A stretch of 64,000 bases of DNA from Thermomicrobiales bacterium (GTDB taxonomy: Bacteria; Chloroflexota; Chloroflexia; Thermomicrobiales; CADCWN01), in contig JAUJMV010000002.1 of NCBI GenBank assembly GCA_030446685.1, forward strand, positions 140,878 to 204,877, in the 5' to 3' direction. A program made the position numbers and the translations under genes. The notes beneath the pieces were generated by a model. That model made no database searches and was not told the DNA's origin. It saw only the letters and a program-made list of their open reading frames with translations. Positions 45,456-56,729 of this stretch are shown here, one piece after another (the first letter of the stretch is position 1; each line of letters opens with the position of its first letter).

Positions 45456-45941
45456 TTATACCCGACCTTCGAGGCGCGCGACCGCCAGGCGCAGCGCCTC
45501 CCGCGTGGCGGCGGCGATCACCGCCGCCCGGTCGCCGTCGAAGGTGTGGCGCGCGCAGATCGTGCCGGCCCCATCCGCGAGCGCGATGAAGACCAGGCCG
45601 ACCGGCTTGCCCGGTTCCGCGCCCCCCGGCCCGGCGATGCCGGTCGTCGCCAGCGCCAGATCCGCCCCCAGCGCCCGCCGCGCCCCCTCCGCCATCGCCC
45701 GCGCGCACGCCTCGCTGATCGCCCCGGCCCCGTCCAGCAGGTCGCCCGGCACGCCGAGCAGCGCCCGCTTCGCGCCGAGGCTGTAGGCCACCACCCCGCC
45801 GGGGAAGTAGTCCGAACTCCCCGCGACCGCCGTCAGCGCCGCCGCCAGCGCCCCGCCGGTGCAGGACTCCGCCGTGGCGACGGTCAGCCCCCGCGCGCGG
45901 AGCAGGCCGCCGAGAGCCTGTGAGAGGAGTGGCGTTGACAT
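45456..45941 (-). CDS. CinA C-terminal domain / nicotinamide-nucleotide amidase (PncC-like)
   Basis: [36 protein letters not shown]...[11 protein letters not shown]. Confidence 0.8.
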   Translation of the reverse strand: MSTPLLSQALGGLLRARGLTVATAESCTGGALAAALTAVAGSSDYFPGGVVAYSLGAKRALLGVPGDLLDGAGAISEACARAMAEGARRALGADLALATTGIAGPGGAEPGKPVGLVFIALADGAGTICARHTFDGDRAAVIAAATREALRLAVARLEGRV

Positions 45942-46074
45942 AGCGGTCTCCAATCTGGTGCGGCGCCAGCCGATGGTCTTGGCGCATCCTACGGCCCTCT
46001 CGGCGTTGACGCAAAGGCGCGGTATCCTGACGCTGGTAACACCCAGAGGCGCCGCGCTCGACGGTGTCCGCCGG

Positions 46075-46103
46075 TTGACTTGTACGGTAGTATACCGTAC
46101 AAT
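46075..46103 (+). promoter_or_regulatory. TacAT promoter candidate, TTGACT-17-TACAAT, with an embedded 8-bp inverted repeat (operator candidate)
   Basis: TTGACT at 46075-46080 and TACAAT at 46098-46103. GTACGGTA (46082-46089) / TACCGTAC (46093-46100). The RBS GAGGGAGGG precedes the ATG at 46140. Confidence 0.6.
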
Positions 46104-46139
46104 TAGGGCGGTGCCGCGAGCAGCGAGGGAGGGAACGGG

Positions 46140-46436
46140 ATGTCGTCGTCGACCGGGGGCCGCAAGCGCGAGCGGGTTGAGGCGCGCATCAGCGTGGAAC
46201 AGAAGGAACTGATCGAGCGGGCCGCGCGGTTGCGCGGGTGCAGCGTCAGCGACTATCTCGTGCGCAGCGCGCAGGATGCGGCGGAACGCGATATCCGCAA
46301 CCACGAGATCATCACGCTGTCCGCGCGGGACAGCCGCATCTTCGTTGAAGCGCTGCTCGACCCGCAGCCGGCCAATGAGGCGCTCCAGGCCGCCGCGCGG
46401 GATTATCGGGAGCGTTGGGGCGCCGCCGATGCGTGA
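46140..46436 (+). CDS. DUF1778 (TacA-type, RHH) antitoxin
   Basis: [41 protein letters not shown]. Confidence 0.8.
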   Translation: MSSSTGGRKRERVEARISVEQKELIERAARLRGCSVSDYLVRSAQDAAERDIRNHEIITLSARDSRIFVEALLDPQPANEALQAAARDYRERWGAADA

Positions 46437-46953
46437 TCCCCGCTTCGCGCTCGAGCCGCTCGGGAAACAGCATCACCGGGCGGCTTTTTCATGCGGTGTC
46501 GCCGCGCTCGATCGCTACCTCCAGGAACAGGCGGGGCAGGAGATGCGCCGCCATGTCGCCGTCGTCTATGTCCTCGTCGAGCTGAGCACCGCCGCGATTG
46601 CCGGGTTCTACACGCTCAGCGCCACCGGCATCGATGTCGGCGCGTTGCCGGAGGATTTCACCCGGCGCCTGCCCCGCTACCCGCGCCTCCCGGCGGCGCT
46701 GATCGGGCGCTTGGCGGTGGATCGGGGGTTCCGCGGGCAGGGGATCGGGAAGGGGCTGCTGCTCGACGCGCTGGCCCGCAGCTATCATCTGAGCCGGCGG
46801 ATCGGCGCGCTGGCGGTGGTCGTTGATGCGAAGGATGACGCGGCCCGCCGATTCTACGAGCACTTCGGGTTCCGGCGGCTGGCGGACGACGCGAACCGGC
46901 TCTTCCTGGAGATGGCGACCGTCGCCGGCCTCGACCTCCCCGAGCCAAGTTAG
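46429..46953 (+). CDS. GNAT-family acetyltransferase toxin (TacT-type)
   Basis: [23 protein letters not shown] and [18 protein letters not shown]. 8-nt overlap with the antitoxin gene. Confidence 0.8.
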   Translation: MRDPRFALEPLGKQHHRAAFSCGVAALDRYLQEQAGQEMRRHVAVVYVLVELSTAAIAGFYTLSATGIDVGALPEDFTRRLPRYPRLPAALIGRLAVDRGFRGQGIGKGLLLDALARSYHLSRRIGALAVVVDAKDDAARRFYEHFGFRRLADDANRLFLEMATVAGLDLPEPS

Positions 46954-47025
46954 GCGGCGCGGCGCCAGGGATCGCAATGGTTCCGGCGGGCGTAACGCTC
47001 CGCTAATCCCCCTCTCGGCGCGCGA

Positions 47026-47171
47026 CACCACCCCGCCGGGGAAGTAGTCCGAACTCCCCGGCGACCGCCGTCAGCGCCGCCGCCAGCGCCCCGCCGGTGC
47101 AGGACTCCGCCGTGGGAATCGTCAACCCCCGCGCGGAGTAGGCTGCCGAGGGTTTGGGATAGAGCGGGCAT
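47026..47171 (-). pseudogene. orphan 5' fragment (about 48 codons) of a cinA-C/pncC-like gene
   Basis: [46 protein letters not shown] with a 1-nt indel. Positions 47026-47115 repeat 45789-45877 almost exactly. Confidence 0.75.
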
Positions 47172-47248
47172 AGGGAAAACTCCGACAGCGTAGTTCTCGT
47201 TGTCCTGGTGCAATAACGACAGTCTCGGCAAGTACGAATGGTAAGGAC

Positions 47249-47268
47249 TATACTAAACACGTAGTATA
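47249..47268. promoter_or_regulatory. inverted repeat upstream of vapB (operator candidate)
   Basis: TATACTA-aacacg-TAGTATA in a low-GC stretch 30-45 nt upstream of the start at 47296. Confidence 0.35.
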
Positions 47269-47295
47269 ACCGCCAATAGAGTAAGGAGAAAGTGA

Positions 47296-47559
47296 GTGAG
47301 GAGGCTCTCGTCAACGGTCACGAGCAAGGGTCAAGTGACGATTCCGGTTGAGATTCGGCGATTGCTCAGGCTTGTGCCCTCGGATAAGGTCACTTTCGTG
47401 GTCGAAGGCGATCAGATACGACTTACGCGAGGGGAAAGCGTTGTCGCCCGCACGGCCGGAATGATTACAGTGGACGGGCCGCCGGCGAGCGCGGAGCGGT
47501 TGCGGGAACTGGCCGAGCAGGCGATCGCTGATGACGTTGTCGAGCGGATGAACCGCTAG
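47296..47559 (+). CDS. vapB: AbrB/SpoVT-type antitoxin VapB
   Basis: STVTSKGQVTIPVEIRRLLRL. Confidence 0.8.
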   Translation: MRRLSSTVTSKGQVTIPVEIRRLLRLVPSDKVTFVVEGDQIRLTRGESVVARTAGMITVDGPPASAERLRELAEQAIADDVVERMNR

Positions 47560-47966
47560 ATGGCCGAACCGTTTCTCGACAGCAACGTCTTCTTGCGGCA
47601 CTTGTTGCAGGATCACGACGAGTTCTCGCCACGCGCGACGGCCTATCTCGATCGAATCGAGCGGGTGAGTTGCGTGCAAGGACCGCGGATACCGTTGTCT
47701 TCGAGATCGTGTTCACGCTCCAGCGATCCTATCGGCAGTCAAAGACGACGGTTCGCGACGCCGTATTGCCCTTGCTCGCCCTGCCGGGTATTGTCCTGCC
47801 GGGCAAGCGCCGCTTTGTGGACGTGTTCGATCTCTACGTCGACCGAAACATTTCCTTTGCCGATGCTTACCATGCGGTGCTGATGCGGTCGCTTGGCCTG
47901 GACGAGATCGTTACCTTCGACCGCGAACTGGATCGGGTCCCAGGGATCAAGCGAACGGAGCCATGA
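47560..47966 (+). CDS. vapC: PIN-domain toxin VapC, one apparent frameshift at a GGG run (47663-47665)
   Basis: MAEPFLDSNVFLRHLL... (ORF 47560..47883) joins ...RARTADTVVFEIVFTLQRSY...FADAYHAVLMRSLGLDEIVTFDRELDRVPGIKRTEP (ORF 47670..47966). Confidence 0.75.
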
Positions 47967-47999
47967 GCGCCTGACGAAGGGGGCGGTACTGACCCCCGT

Positions 48000-49616
48000 T
48001 CAGGAGCCTGCTCGCGGAGGCCCCGCCGCGACCTCGCCGGGGACAACCTCCCAGATTCCCGCCGTTTCTTGAGCGGTGAGACTCTGCCAGTCCCGCCCGG
48101 CGGCGCGCAGGCGGTCCTCGGCGGCCTTGAAGCGCGCGGCGAGGGCGGCGAGGGTTGTGTTGAGCGCGGTCTCGGGGTCGAGGCCGGCCTTGTCGGCCAG
48201 GCCGGCGAGCGCGAGGAGGGCCGCGCCGAGGGCCGGGCCGAGTTCCTGGTCGGTCGCGCCGGCGCGCAGGGCGGCGCGGGCGCGGTCGAGGTCGGCGGCG
48301 AAGGCGGCGGCGGGGCGGCGCTCCGGCAAGAGGCGGTCGACGCGGTGCAGGATCAGCGCGGCACGGGCGAGGGCGGGGAGGGCGCGCGGCACGCCGTCGA
48401 GCGCGGAGGGCGTGGGCTTGTCGGCGCGCTCCCCCTTGGCGCGGCGCTCGGCCTCCTTGATCTGGTCCCAGTTGCGCAGCACCGCCCCGGCGTCGGCCGC
48501 GACCACGTCGCCGAAGACGTGCGGGTGGCGGCGCACCAGCTTCGCGGCGATCGCCTCGTAGACGTCCTCCAGGGTGAACTCGCCCGCCTCCTCGGCCATC
48601 TGCGACTGGAGGTAGACCTGGAGGAGCACGTCGCCCAACTCCTCGCGGAAGGCGTCCATGTCGCCCGCGTCGAGCGCGTCGAGCGCCTCGTAGGTCTCCT
48701 CCAGGAAGTTGGCGCGGATGCTCTGGTGGGTCTGCTCGCGGTCCCAGGGGCAGCCGTCCGGCGCGCGCAGGCGGGCGGTGATCGCCTGGAGCCCCTGCGC
48801 CACGCGGGTCGCCTCTTCCGGCGGCAGCGCGGGGACGAAGAGGCTGGTGAGGTGGTCGGGCGCCCCGGCCTCGGCCCGGTCGAGCGCGTGCAGCGGGACG
48901 GCGCGCGCCTCCTCCACCCCGGCGACGCCGGCCGCGCGCAGGACGGTCACCGGGTGCGCGTCGGGGTAGAGGCGCATCAGGGCCAGCTTGACCGCCGAGG
49001 CGATCCGCGCGTTGTAAACCTGCCCCACCAGCGCCGGGCGCAGCGGCGAGAGGGGCCAGCGCCCGCCGCTGAACGGCTCGGCCTCCAGCACCGCCGCCAG
49101 TTCGAGCCCGTCCACCAGTTGCAACCCTTCCCCGAGCGGGTCGAGCGGCAGCGCCGCGGCCGCCACGTCCACGAAGCTGAGGCCGGGGACGATCCGCAGG
49201 CCCACGCCCCGCGCGGGTGCGGCCTCGCGCAGCCGGGCGACGGTGCTCTCGCCGATCAGCGGGTGCCCCGGCACGGCGTAGACGATCGGGCCGTCCGCGG
49301 CGGCCGCCGCGCCCAGGAGTTCGTCGACGATGGCCGCGTAGAGCGCCTCGAAGTCGCCCGCCCGCTCGTAGAGCGCGTCGAAGCTCGCCCAGCCCGCGAC
49401 CGCGAACGACCCATCTGCTTGCGCCGCCAGCGCCTCGACCGTCGGGTGGACGCGCGTGCGGAGGTGGACCGGGCGCCCGCTCGCCAGCCAGCCGGCCGCG
49501 TCCCGCGTCAGCAGGCCGGGATCGCCGGGGCCGAGGCCGACGACGATGATGCTGTGGGCGGTGGGCGGTGGGCCATGGGCGGCAGGCGATTCGGTCGCGG
49601 TGTCTGGCTGGCTCAT
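48000..49616 (-). CDS. tetrapyrrole-methylase-like / MazG nucleotide pyrophosphohydrolase fusion (YabN-like)
   Basis: IIVVGLGPGDPGLLT at the N-terminus. MazG repeats CPWDREQTHQSIRANFLEETYEALDAL and REELGDVLLQV. Start at the internal ATG 49616 of ORF 48000..50030. Confidence 0.8.
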   Translation of the reverse strand: MSQPDTATESPAAHGPPPTAHSIIVVGLGPGDPGLLTRDAAGWLASGRPVHLRTRVHPTVEALAAQADGSFAVAGWASFDALYERAGDFEALYAAIVDELLGAAAAADGPIVYAVPGHPLIGESTVARLREAAPARGVGLRIVPGLSFVDVAAAALPLDPLGEGLQLVDGLELAAVLEAEPFSGGRWPLSPLRPALVGQVYNARIASAVKLALMRLYPDAHPVTVLRAAGVAGVEEARAVPLHALDRAEAGAPDHLTSLFVPALPPEEATRVAQGLQAITARLRAPDGCPWDREQTHQSIRANFLEETYEALDALDAGDMDAFREELGDVLLQVYLQSQMAEEAGEFTLEDVYEAIAAKLVRRHPHVFGDVVAADAGAVLRNWDQIKEAERRAKGERADKPTPSALDGVPRALPALARAALILHRVDRLLPERRPAAAFAADLDRARAALRAGATDQELGPALGAALLALAGLADKAGLDPETALNTTLAALAARFKAAEDRLRAAGRDWQSLTAQETAGIWEVVPGEVAAGPPRAGS

Positions 49617-49692
49617 CGTTGACCGGCACTCCCGAGTTCGGCCTTCGGCCCTCTGTCTTTCGCCCGCCGCCCACGGCCCACGGCCCGCGCCG

Positions 49693-50889
49693 TCATTGCG
49701 CCGGCGCGGCCGGCAGGCCCAGGTCCGGGCTGATCGTGATCGGGTACTTGTCGCGCAGGCCCTCGACCCACCCCTGGCGCAGCAGGCCGAGTTCCTGCTC
49801 GTTCGGGGCGCGGCGCTCGACCCTGGCGACCCGGAAGAAGCGGTAGAAGGTCTCGCCGCGGTTGCCCTGCACCGACTGGATTTCACTGTACGCGCCCTCC
49901 TGGAGCGACGGGAAGAGGGTGCGCAACTCCGGCGAGATGGCCTCCGCCGGGACGGTGCCGGCGGTGACCACCTGCTCGTTCCTGAAAGCCTCCAGCGCGT
50001 ACTGCTGGACGATCTCGCTGAACGGCACACCGCCCTGGGCCCTGTCGAGCGCCTCCTGCGCCCGCTCCCGCCGGTCGGTGATCACCTGCTGCAGGGTGAC
50101 GGCGGTGATCTGGTCGGGGGCGTAGAGCGGGCGCAGGCGCTCGGCCAGCAACTGGTCGCGCACGCGGTCGCGATAGGCCCCGCCGCTGATGACCCCGTTG
50201 CTGCTGAGGTCGCGCTCGAAGCTGTCGTCCGCGCTGGAGTTCGCGCCGGCCAGTTGCTCGGCGACCGCCCGCAGCGTCGGCGCGAGGTCGCCCGGCGGCA
50301 CGGTCACGCCCCTGGCGGCCAGCGCCGCGGCCAGCGCGGCCGCGCGGTCCCGCACCAGGCCGTCCGGCACGTCGCGCGTGACGACCTGGCCGCGCCCCTC
50401 GAGCGCCGCCTGCAGCCGCTCGATCTCGGCGCGGACGAGCGCGCGCAGATCGTTGTCCGGCAGCCCGCCCCCGCCGCGCGCGTTGACGATCGGGCGGAGC
50501 TGCTGGGTCGCGCCCGCCGCCAACTGGTCGAGGCCCTGCTGCCGCTGCTGGGCGAAGCCCTGGGCGAACTGCGCCCGCTCCGCCTCCATCCGCGCCCGGA
50601 TCTCCGCGTCGGAGATGGTAATACCGCGCCCGCGCGCTTCGAGCTGGATCAGCCGGTTGTCGATCATCCGCTGCAGCCACTCGGCCTTCACGTCGCGGCG
50701 GGCAGTCTCGCCGGCGCTGTCCCAGCGCGCCGGCCCGATCTGCTCGCGCAGCTTGGCGATCTCGGCGTTGAACTCGCCGACCGTGATCCGCTCGCTCCCC
50801 ACCGTCGCCGCGGTGTCGGTCGTATAACTACACGCGCCGAGCGCGAGAGCGATGAGCAGGAGGAACGCGGAGGCGAATCGAGTAGGCAA
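49693..50889 (-). CDS. SurA-N/PpiC-like periplasmic chaperone lipoprotein, TTG start inferred
   Basis: (L->M)PTRFASAFLLLIALALGACS lipobox after the AAGGGAGA RBS. ITVGEFNAEIAKL... resembles a SurA N-terminal region. The functional call is weak. Confidence 0.5.
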   Translation of the reverse strand: MPTRFASAFLLLIALALGACSYTTDTAATVGSERITVGEFNAEIAKLREQIGPARWDSAGETARRDVKAEWLQRMIDNRLIQLEARGRGITISDAEIRARMEAERAQFAQGFAQQRQQGLDQLAAGATQQLRPIVNARGGGGLPDNDLRALVRAEIERLQAALEGRGQVVTRDVPDGLVRDRAAALAAALAARGVTVPPGDLAPTLRAVAEQLAGANSSADDSFERDLSSNGVISGGAYRDRVRDQLLAERLRPLYAPDQITAVTLQQVITDRRERAQEALDRAQGGVPFSEIVQQYALEAFRNEQVVTAGTVPAEAISPELRTLFPSLQEGAYSEIQSVQGNRGETFYRFFRVARVERRAPNEQELGLLRQGWVEGLRDKYPITISPDLGLPAAPAQ

Positions 50890-50902
50890 GACATTCTCCC
50901 TT

Positions 50903-51028
50903 GTCGAAGGTCCGAAGGTCGAAGGTCGAAGGTCAGTGACCTGTGCAATACGATGCGTCTTCGGTAGACAATGAGGCGCGGGCAGCGACCCTGACTTTCG
51001 ACCTTCGACCTTCAGACCTTCGACCCTC
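50903..51028. repeat. heptamer-array hairpin, unit GAAGGTC, 52-nt spacer
   Basis: gtcgaag gtccgaag gtcgaag gtcgaag gtcagtg at 50903-50940 versus gactttc gaccttc gaccttc agaccttc gaccctc at 50993-51028. Lies 5 nt after the lepA stop and about 14 nt before the next start. Confidence 0.9.
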
Positions 51029-51032
51029 CTCG

Positions 51033-52883
<1,851 letters not shown>

Positions 52884-53136
52884 CGGCTCCCGTTCATTTC
52901 CTGTTGGTGTCGCATCGACGTCGCGCGCGACGGGCAGTCATCCGCGGGTGGTGCTGGAACGCAAGACCGCGATGGCGCGAATACGGCTGGTGAGCGGGAA
53001 GATCGTTGTCCGGTCGGCATCGCGCGCAGTCGCGTCAAGTATAGCATGAGGATAGATGCCGCGCGCTTTTCCGCCGGCCGGTCGTGCGGCATTGCTCAGG
53101 AATGACAGGCTCGCCGCCATGTCGAAGGCGGCCGTG

Positions 53137-53949
53137 TCACGTCCCGGCCAGGACGTACCGCGCCAGCCCCTCGGCGACGCCGGCCTCGCTGACGGGCGGG
53201 AGGACGGCGGCGGCGGCCTGGCGCACCGCGGGCACGGCGTTGCCGATCGCCAGGCCGAGGCCGGACCAGGCGAGCATCGGCAGGTCGTTCTCCTGGTCGC
53301 CGATCGCCAGCACTTCCTCGCGCGCGATGCCGAGCCGCCCCGCCAGCGCCGCCAGCGCGGCCCCTTTGTCGACCCCCGGCGCGGTCAGCTCGCCGAAGTG
53401 CTCGTGCGAGCGGACGACCGCCAGGCGTCCGGCGAAGCGCGCCCCCAGCGCCGCCAGCTCGCGCGCGACGACCGCGGGCGCGGCGACGAAGAGGAGCTTG
53501 GTCGGCGGGGTCGCGGCGGCCAGCGCGGCCAGATCGGGCGCGACGACGATCTCGCCCCCCTCCGGGTGGAACCGCAGGTAGAAGTCCAGCTCGGGGCGGC
53601 GCCCGGCGATGCAGAGCCGCTCGCCGACGCAGGCGACGACGAAGATGTTCGCCGCCAGGAGGGCCGCGACCGCCTCCGCCGCCGGCGGCCCCGGCATCGG
53701 CTGGTGGTGGGAGATCTCGCCGGTGAGCGGGTGCCGCACGAGCGCCCCCTGGTAGCAGATCAGCGGGTCGCGGATCGCGAGCGCGCGGGCGAAGGGCAGC
53801 GCCGCCTCGAAGGAGCGGCCGGTGGCGAGCGTGACGTGGACGCCGCGCGCCTGCGCGGCGGCGACCGCCCGCCGCACCGCGTCCGGCACGACCAGGTCGG
53901 CGCCGATCACCGTCCCGTCGAGGTCGAGCGCCACCAGCCGGTAGGCCAC
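53137..53949 (-). CDS. Cof-type HAD-IIB family hydrolase
   Basis: LVALDLDGTV is the DxD motif; IGDQENDLPML also present. Confidence 0.8.
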   Translation of the reverse strand: MAYRLVALDLDGTVIGADLVVPDAVRRAVAAAQARGVHVTLATGRSFEAALPFARALAIRDPLICYQGALVRHPLTGEISHHQPMPGPPAAEAVAALLAANIFVVACVGERLCIAGRRPELDFYLRFHPEGGEIVVAPDLAALAAATPPTKLLFVAAPAVVARELAALGARFAGRLAVVRSHEHFGELTAPGVDKGAALAALAGRLGIAREEVLAIGDQENDLPMLAWSGLGLAIGNAVPAVRQAAAAVLPPVSEAGVAEGLARYVLAGT

Positions 53950-53950
53950 C

Positions 53951-55002
53951 CTACGCGCCGTAGCTGGTGGCCGGAGCGGGGCGGGTTCGCGCCAGCACCG
54001 GTCGCCGCGCCCCCGCCGGCGCCGCGGCGGGGGCGAGCGCGCGGGCGAAGAAGCGATCGAGCCGCCGCAGGTACTCGTCGGTGGCGAGGACGAAGGCGGA
54101 GGCGTGGCCGAGCTCCGGCAGGACCCAGAGTTCCTTCGGCTGGCCGGCGGCCTCGTAGAGGGCGCGCGCGTTGTCGAGCGGGATCAGCCGGTCGTCCGCC
54201 CCGTGGATCAGCAGCAGCGGGCGGGGGGCGATCGCGGCGACCGCGTCGATCGGGCGGTTCAGGCCGATGCTGGCGCGGGTGAGCAGTTCGCCGAACCGGA
54301 CGATCAGCGGCGCGAAGGGGAAGGCCGGCAGGCGGTGGAACTGGCGCAACCCGGCGGCGGCATCCCGCAGCGTGGCGAACGAGCTGTCGGCGCAGACGGC
54401 GGCGATGTCGGGCTGCTCGGCGGCGGCCAGGATCGTCGCGGCGGCGCCCATCGAGATGCCCGCAACCCCGATCCGCCGGCCGTCCAGTTCGGGGCGGGCG
54501 CGCAGCCAGGCGACCGCCGCGCCGATGTCGCCCGCCTCGCGGTAGCCGATCGTCGAGCGCACGCCCTCGCTGGCGCCGTGCGCGCGGAAGTCGAAGAGCA
54601 GGACCGCGTGGCCGCGCCCGCGCAGCCCTCGGCCAGGTCGAGCAACTCGTGGCGGTTCATCGCGAAGCCGTGGCAGATGATGATCGCGTCGCGCGGGTCC
54701 GGCGGGCAGAGGTACCAGCCATGCAGCGTCAGGCCATCGTCGGTGCGGAAGGTGATGCTCTCGACCGTCTCGTCGATCTCGCGCGCGGCCACCACGCGCA
54801 GCCGACGCGGGCGCGTGATCGTGTGCGCCAGCGCGGCTGAGCCGGCCACGGCCAGCAGCGTCGCCCCCAGGGTGAGCGCGCCGGCGCCGACGAGGGCGCG
54901 CTGTGCCCACCCCTCGTGCGTCAGGAGTTCGAGGCCGCGCGTGGCGGCAAAAGGAATATCCGCCGCCACCTGCGTGGCGACCTTCTTCGCGACGATCAGC
55001 AT
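53951..55002 (-). CDS. alpha/beta hydrolase with an N-terminal membrane anchor, one apparent frameshift near 54620
   Basis: Nucleophile elbow GISMGAA, IIICHGFAMNRHE and LLIHGADD. Pieces in ORFs 54304..55002 and 53951..55099. Confidence 0.7.
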
Positions 55003-55319
55003 TGTGTCGTGTCTCTCCCGTCAGCCGCCCCGCGTCCGGGGCGGTACCCACCGACCCCCTAGTATAGCCGATGCCATCAAGGCGCTCGAATAGCGACATT
55101 TGTTAGCTATTCGTCCAGAGGCGGGGAACAGGGGCGGCGGTCCGGCCGCCGGTGGCTGACCGGGTGGCCCCGCGCCCGGCGCCTGTTCAGCTTCGCGGTC
55201 ATACTTGTGGAGTCCCCGCGCCATTACCCCTCCTGGCCGCGGCGCATCGGCGCGACGGAGAGCCCGAATGCCGCGTCACTGGCATGGATCCTGCCAGATT
55301 GGACGGCGAGGAGGTGGCC

Positions 55320-55529
55320 ATGAGTGAGTCGAGCAATCGCGATGACCGGGACCGCGACGAGGTGACGATCACCAGCGCCGTCAACGACCACGGGCGACCA
55401 CTGGCCGAGCCGGTGCAGCATCACGCGGCGCCGGGGGACGACGACTGGCGGGAGGATGAGGAGGCGGAAACCGACACGCCGGAGAACACCGGCAGCAAGG
55501 TCGGGCCGGGTCGGGAGCCGGACGCGTAG
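55320..55529 (+). CDS. small acidic hypothetical protein (69 aa)
   Basis: GAGGAGG RBS 6 nt upstream of the ATG. Followed at 55564 by a canonical hairpin plus T-rich terminator. Confidence 0.4.
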   Translation: MSESSNRDDRDRDEVTITSAVNDHGRPLAEPVQHHAAPGDDDWREDEEAETDTPENTGSKVGPGREPDA

Positions 55530-55563
55530 CGCCCTGGGAGCGACGGCACACCGGCGCAAGGTA

Positions 55564-55592
55564 AAGATGGCGGGGGTAATCCCCGCCATCTT
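55564..55592 (+). terminator. rho-independent terminator
   Basis: aagatggcgggg-gtaat-ccccgccatctt is a 12-bp stem, followed by ctgcgattattcggttgttgttt. Confidence 0.7.
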
Positions 55593-55858
55593 CTGCGATT
55601 ATTCGGTTGTTGTTTGGATGTGGGCAGTGAGGGAAAAGAAGACACACGCTGCCGGCAATCGAGGTATTGCCATGCCCACAGGCCAAGTATGACACGTCCT
55701 CGAGGAAACGTCCAGTACCGCCCGTGACCGGGCGCACGAACGGCCGCGGGGCGGGCGTAACGCGCGCGCCGCCACCGGCTCACCGCCCCGTCCGGTGCGG
55801 ACGCCGGGCGGGACAAACCGCGCCGCTGGAGGCGGCCGATAGGTAGGGAGGGTTGAGC

Positions 55859-56275
55859 ATGGACAAAATCACCTTCGGCACGGCGATCACCTGCATCGAC
55901 GGCCGCGTGCAGCAGCCGATCCGCAACTGGATTATCGACCGCTACGGCGTGGACTACGTCGACATCATCTCCGAGCCCGGCCCGGACAAGCTGCTGGCCG
56001 AGGGCTGGCCGAGCGATGTGGCGCCGGTCAGGCACAAGGTCACCTTCTCGGTGAAGAACCACCACGCCCGCATTGTCGCCGTCTCCGGCCACCACGACTG
56101 CGCCGGCAACCCCGCCACCGCCGAGGAGCACTGGGCGCAGATTCGCCGGAGCGTGGACCTGATCCGATCCTGGGACCTGCCGGCCGAGGTCATCGGCCTC
56201 TGGGTCAACGAGCACTGGGCGGTCGAGGTGGTCGAAGGCGCGGCGCGGGACGCGTCCCGGCCCGCCCGCCCCTGA
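55859..56275 (+). CDS. small protein with beta-carbonic-anhydrase-like Zn-ligand motifs
   Basis: CIDGR (CxDxR) and ARIVAVSGHHDCAG (HxxC). Only ~138 aa. GGGAGGG RBS. Confidence 0.5.
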   Translation: MDKITFGTAITCIDGRVQQPIRNWIIDRYGVDYVDIISEPGPDKLLAEGWPSDVAPVRHKVTFSVKNHHARIVAVSGHHDCAGNPATAEEHWAQIRRSVDLIRSWDLPAEVIGLWVNEHWAVEVVEGAARDASRPARP

Positions 56276-56729
56276 GCCCGCCCGCCTGTGCGGCGCGTCG
56301 GCGCGGCCGATCCGCGCCGCCAGCGATCCGCGAGCATACACCCGCCGTCGGGAGGTTCGGGGGCGAGCGGTTCGGGCGGGGATGCATTGGAGGGGTGCGG
56401 ACCGATTGGCTCACCATCGCGCGAATCGAGGGACGGCTGCGCCAACTGTCATCTATGATGCGGGGGCGGAAATGCGCGGGGCGGATGGTAACCATCCGCC
56501 CCGCGTGCCGTATCGCCCGCGGCGCGGCTCTGCCTCGCGGCGCGATTGCCATCGCTGGCACCGGAATTGCATCGCCCTCGCCGTGCCGGACCGCCAGGGA
56601 GCCAGGGTGCGGAAGCCGATCGGGTTGTGCCATGTCCTCCACCAAAGCCCGCGCCGATCGCGGTACGCCCGCCGCCGGCACCCCCACCCGTGCGATGCCG
56701 CGTTCCGCATTCGGCAGGGAGGTTTGACG

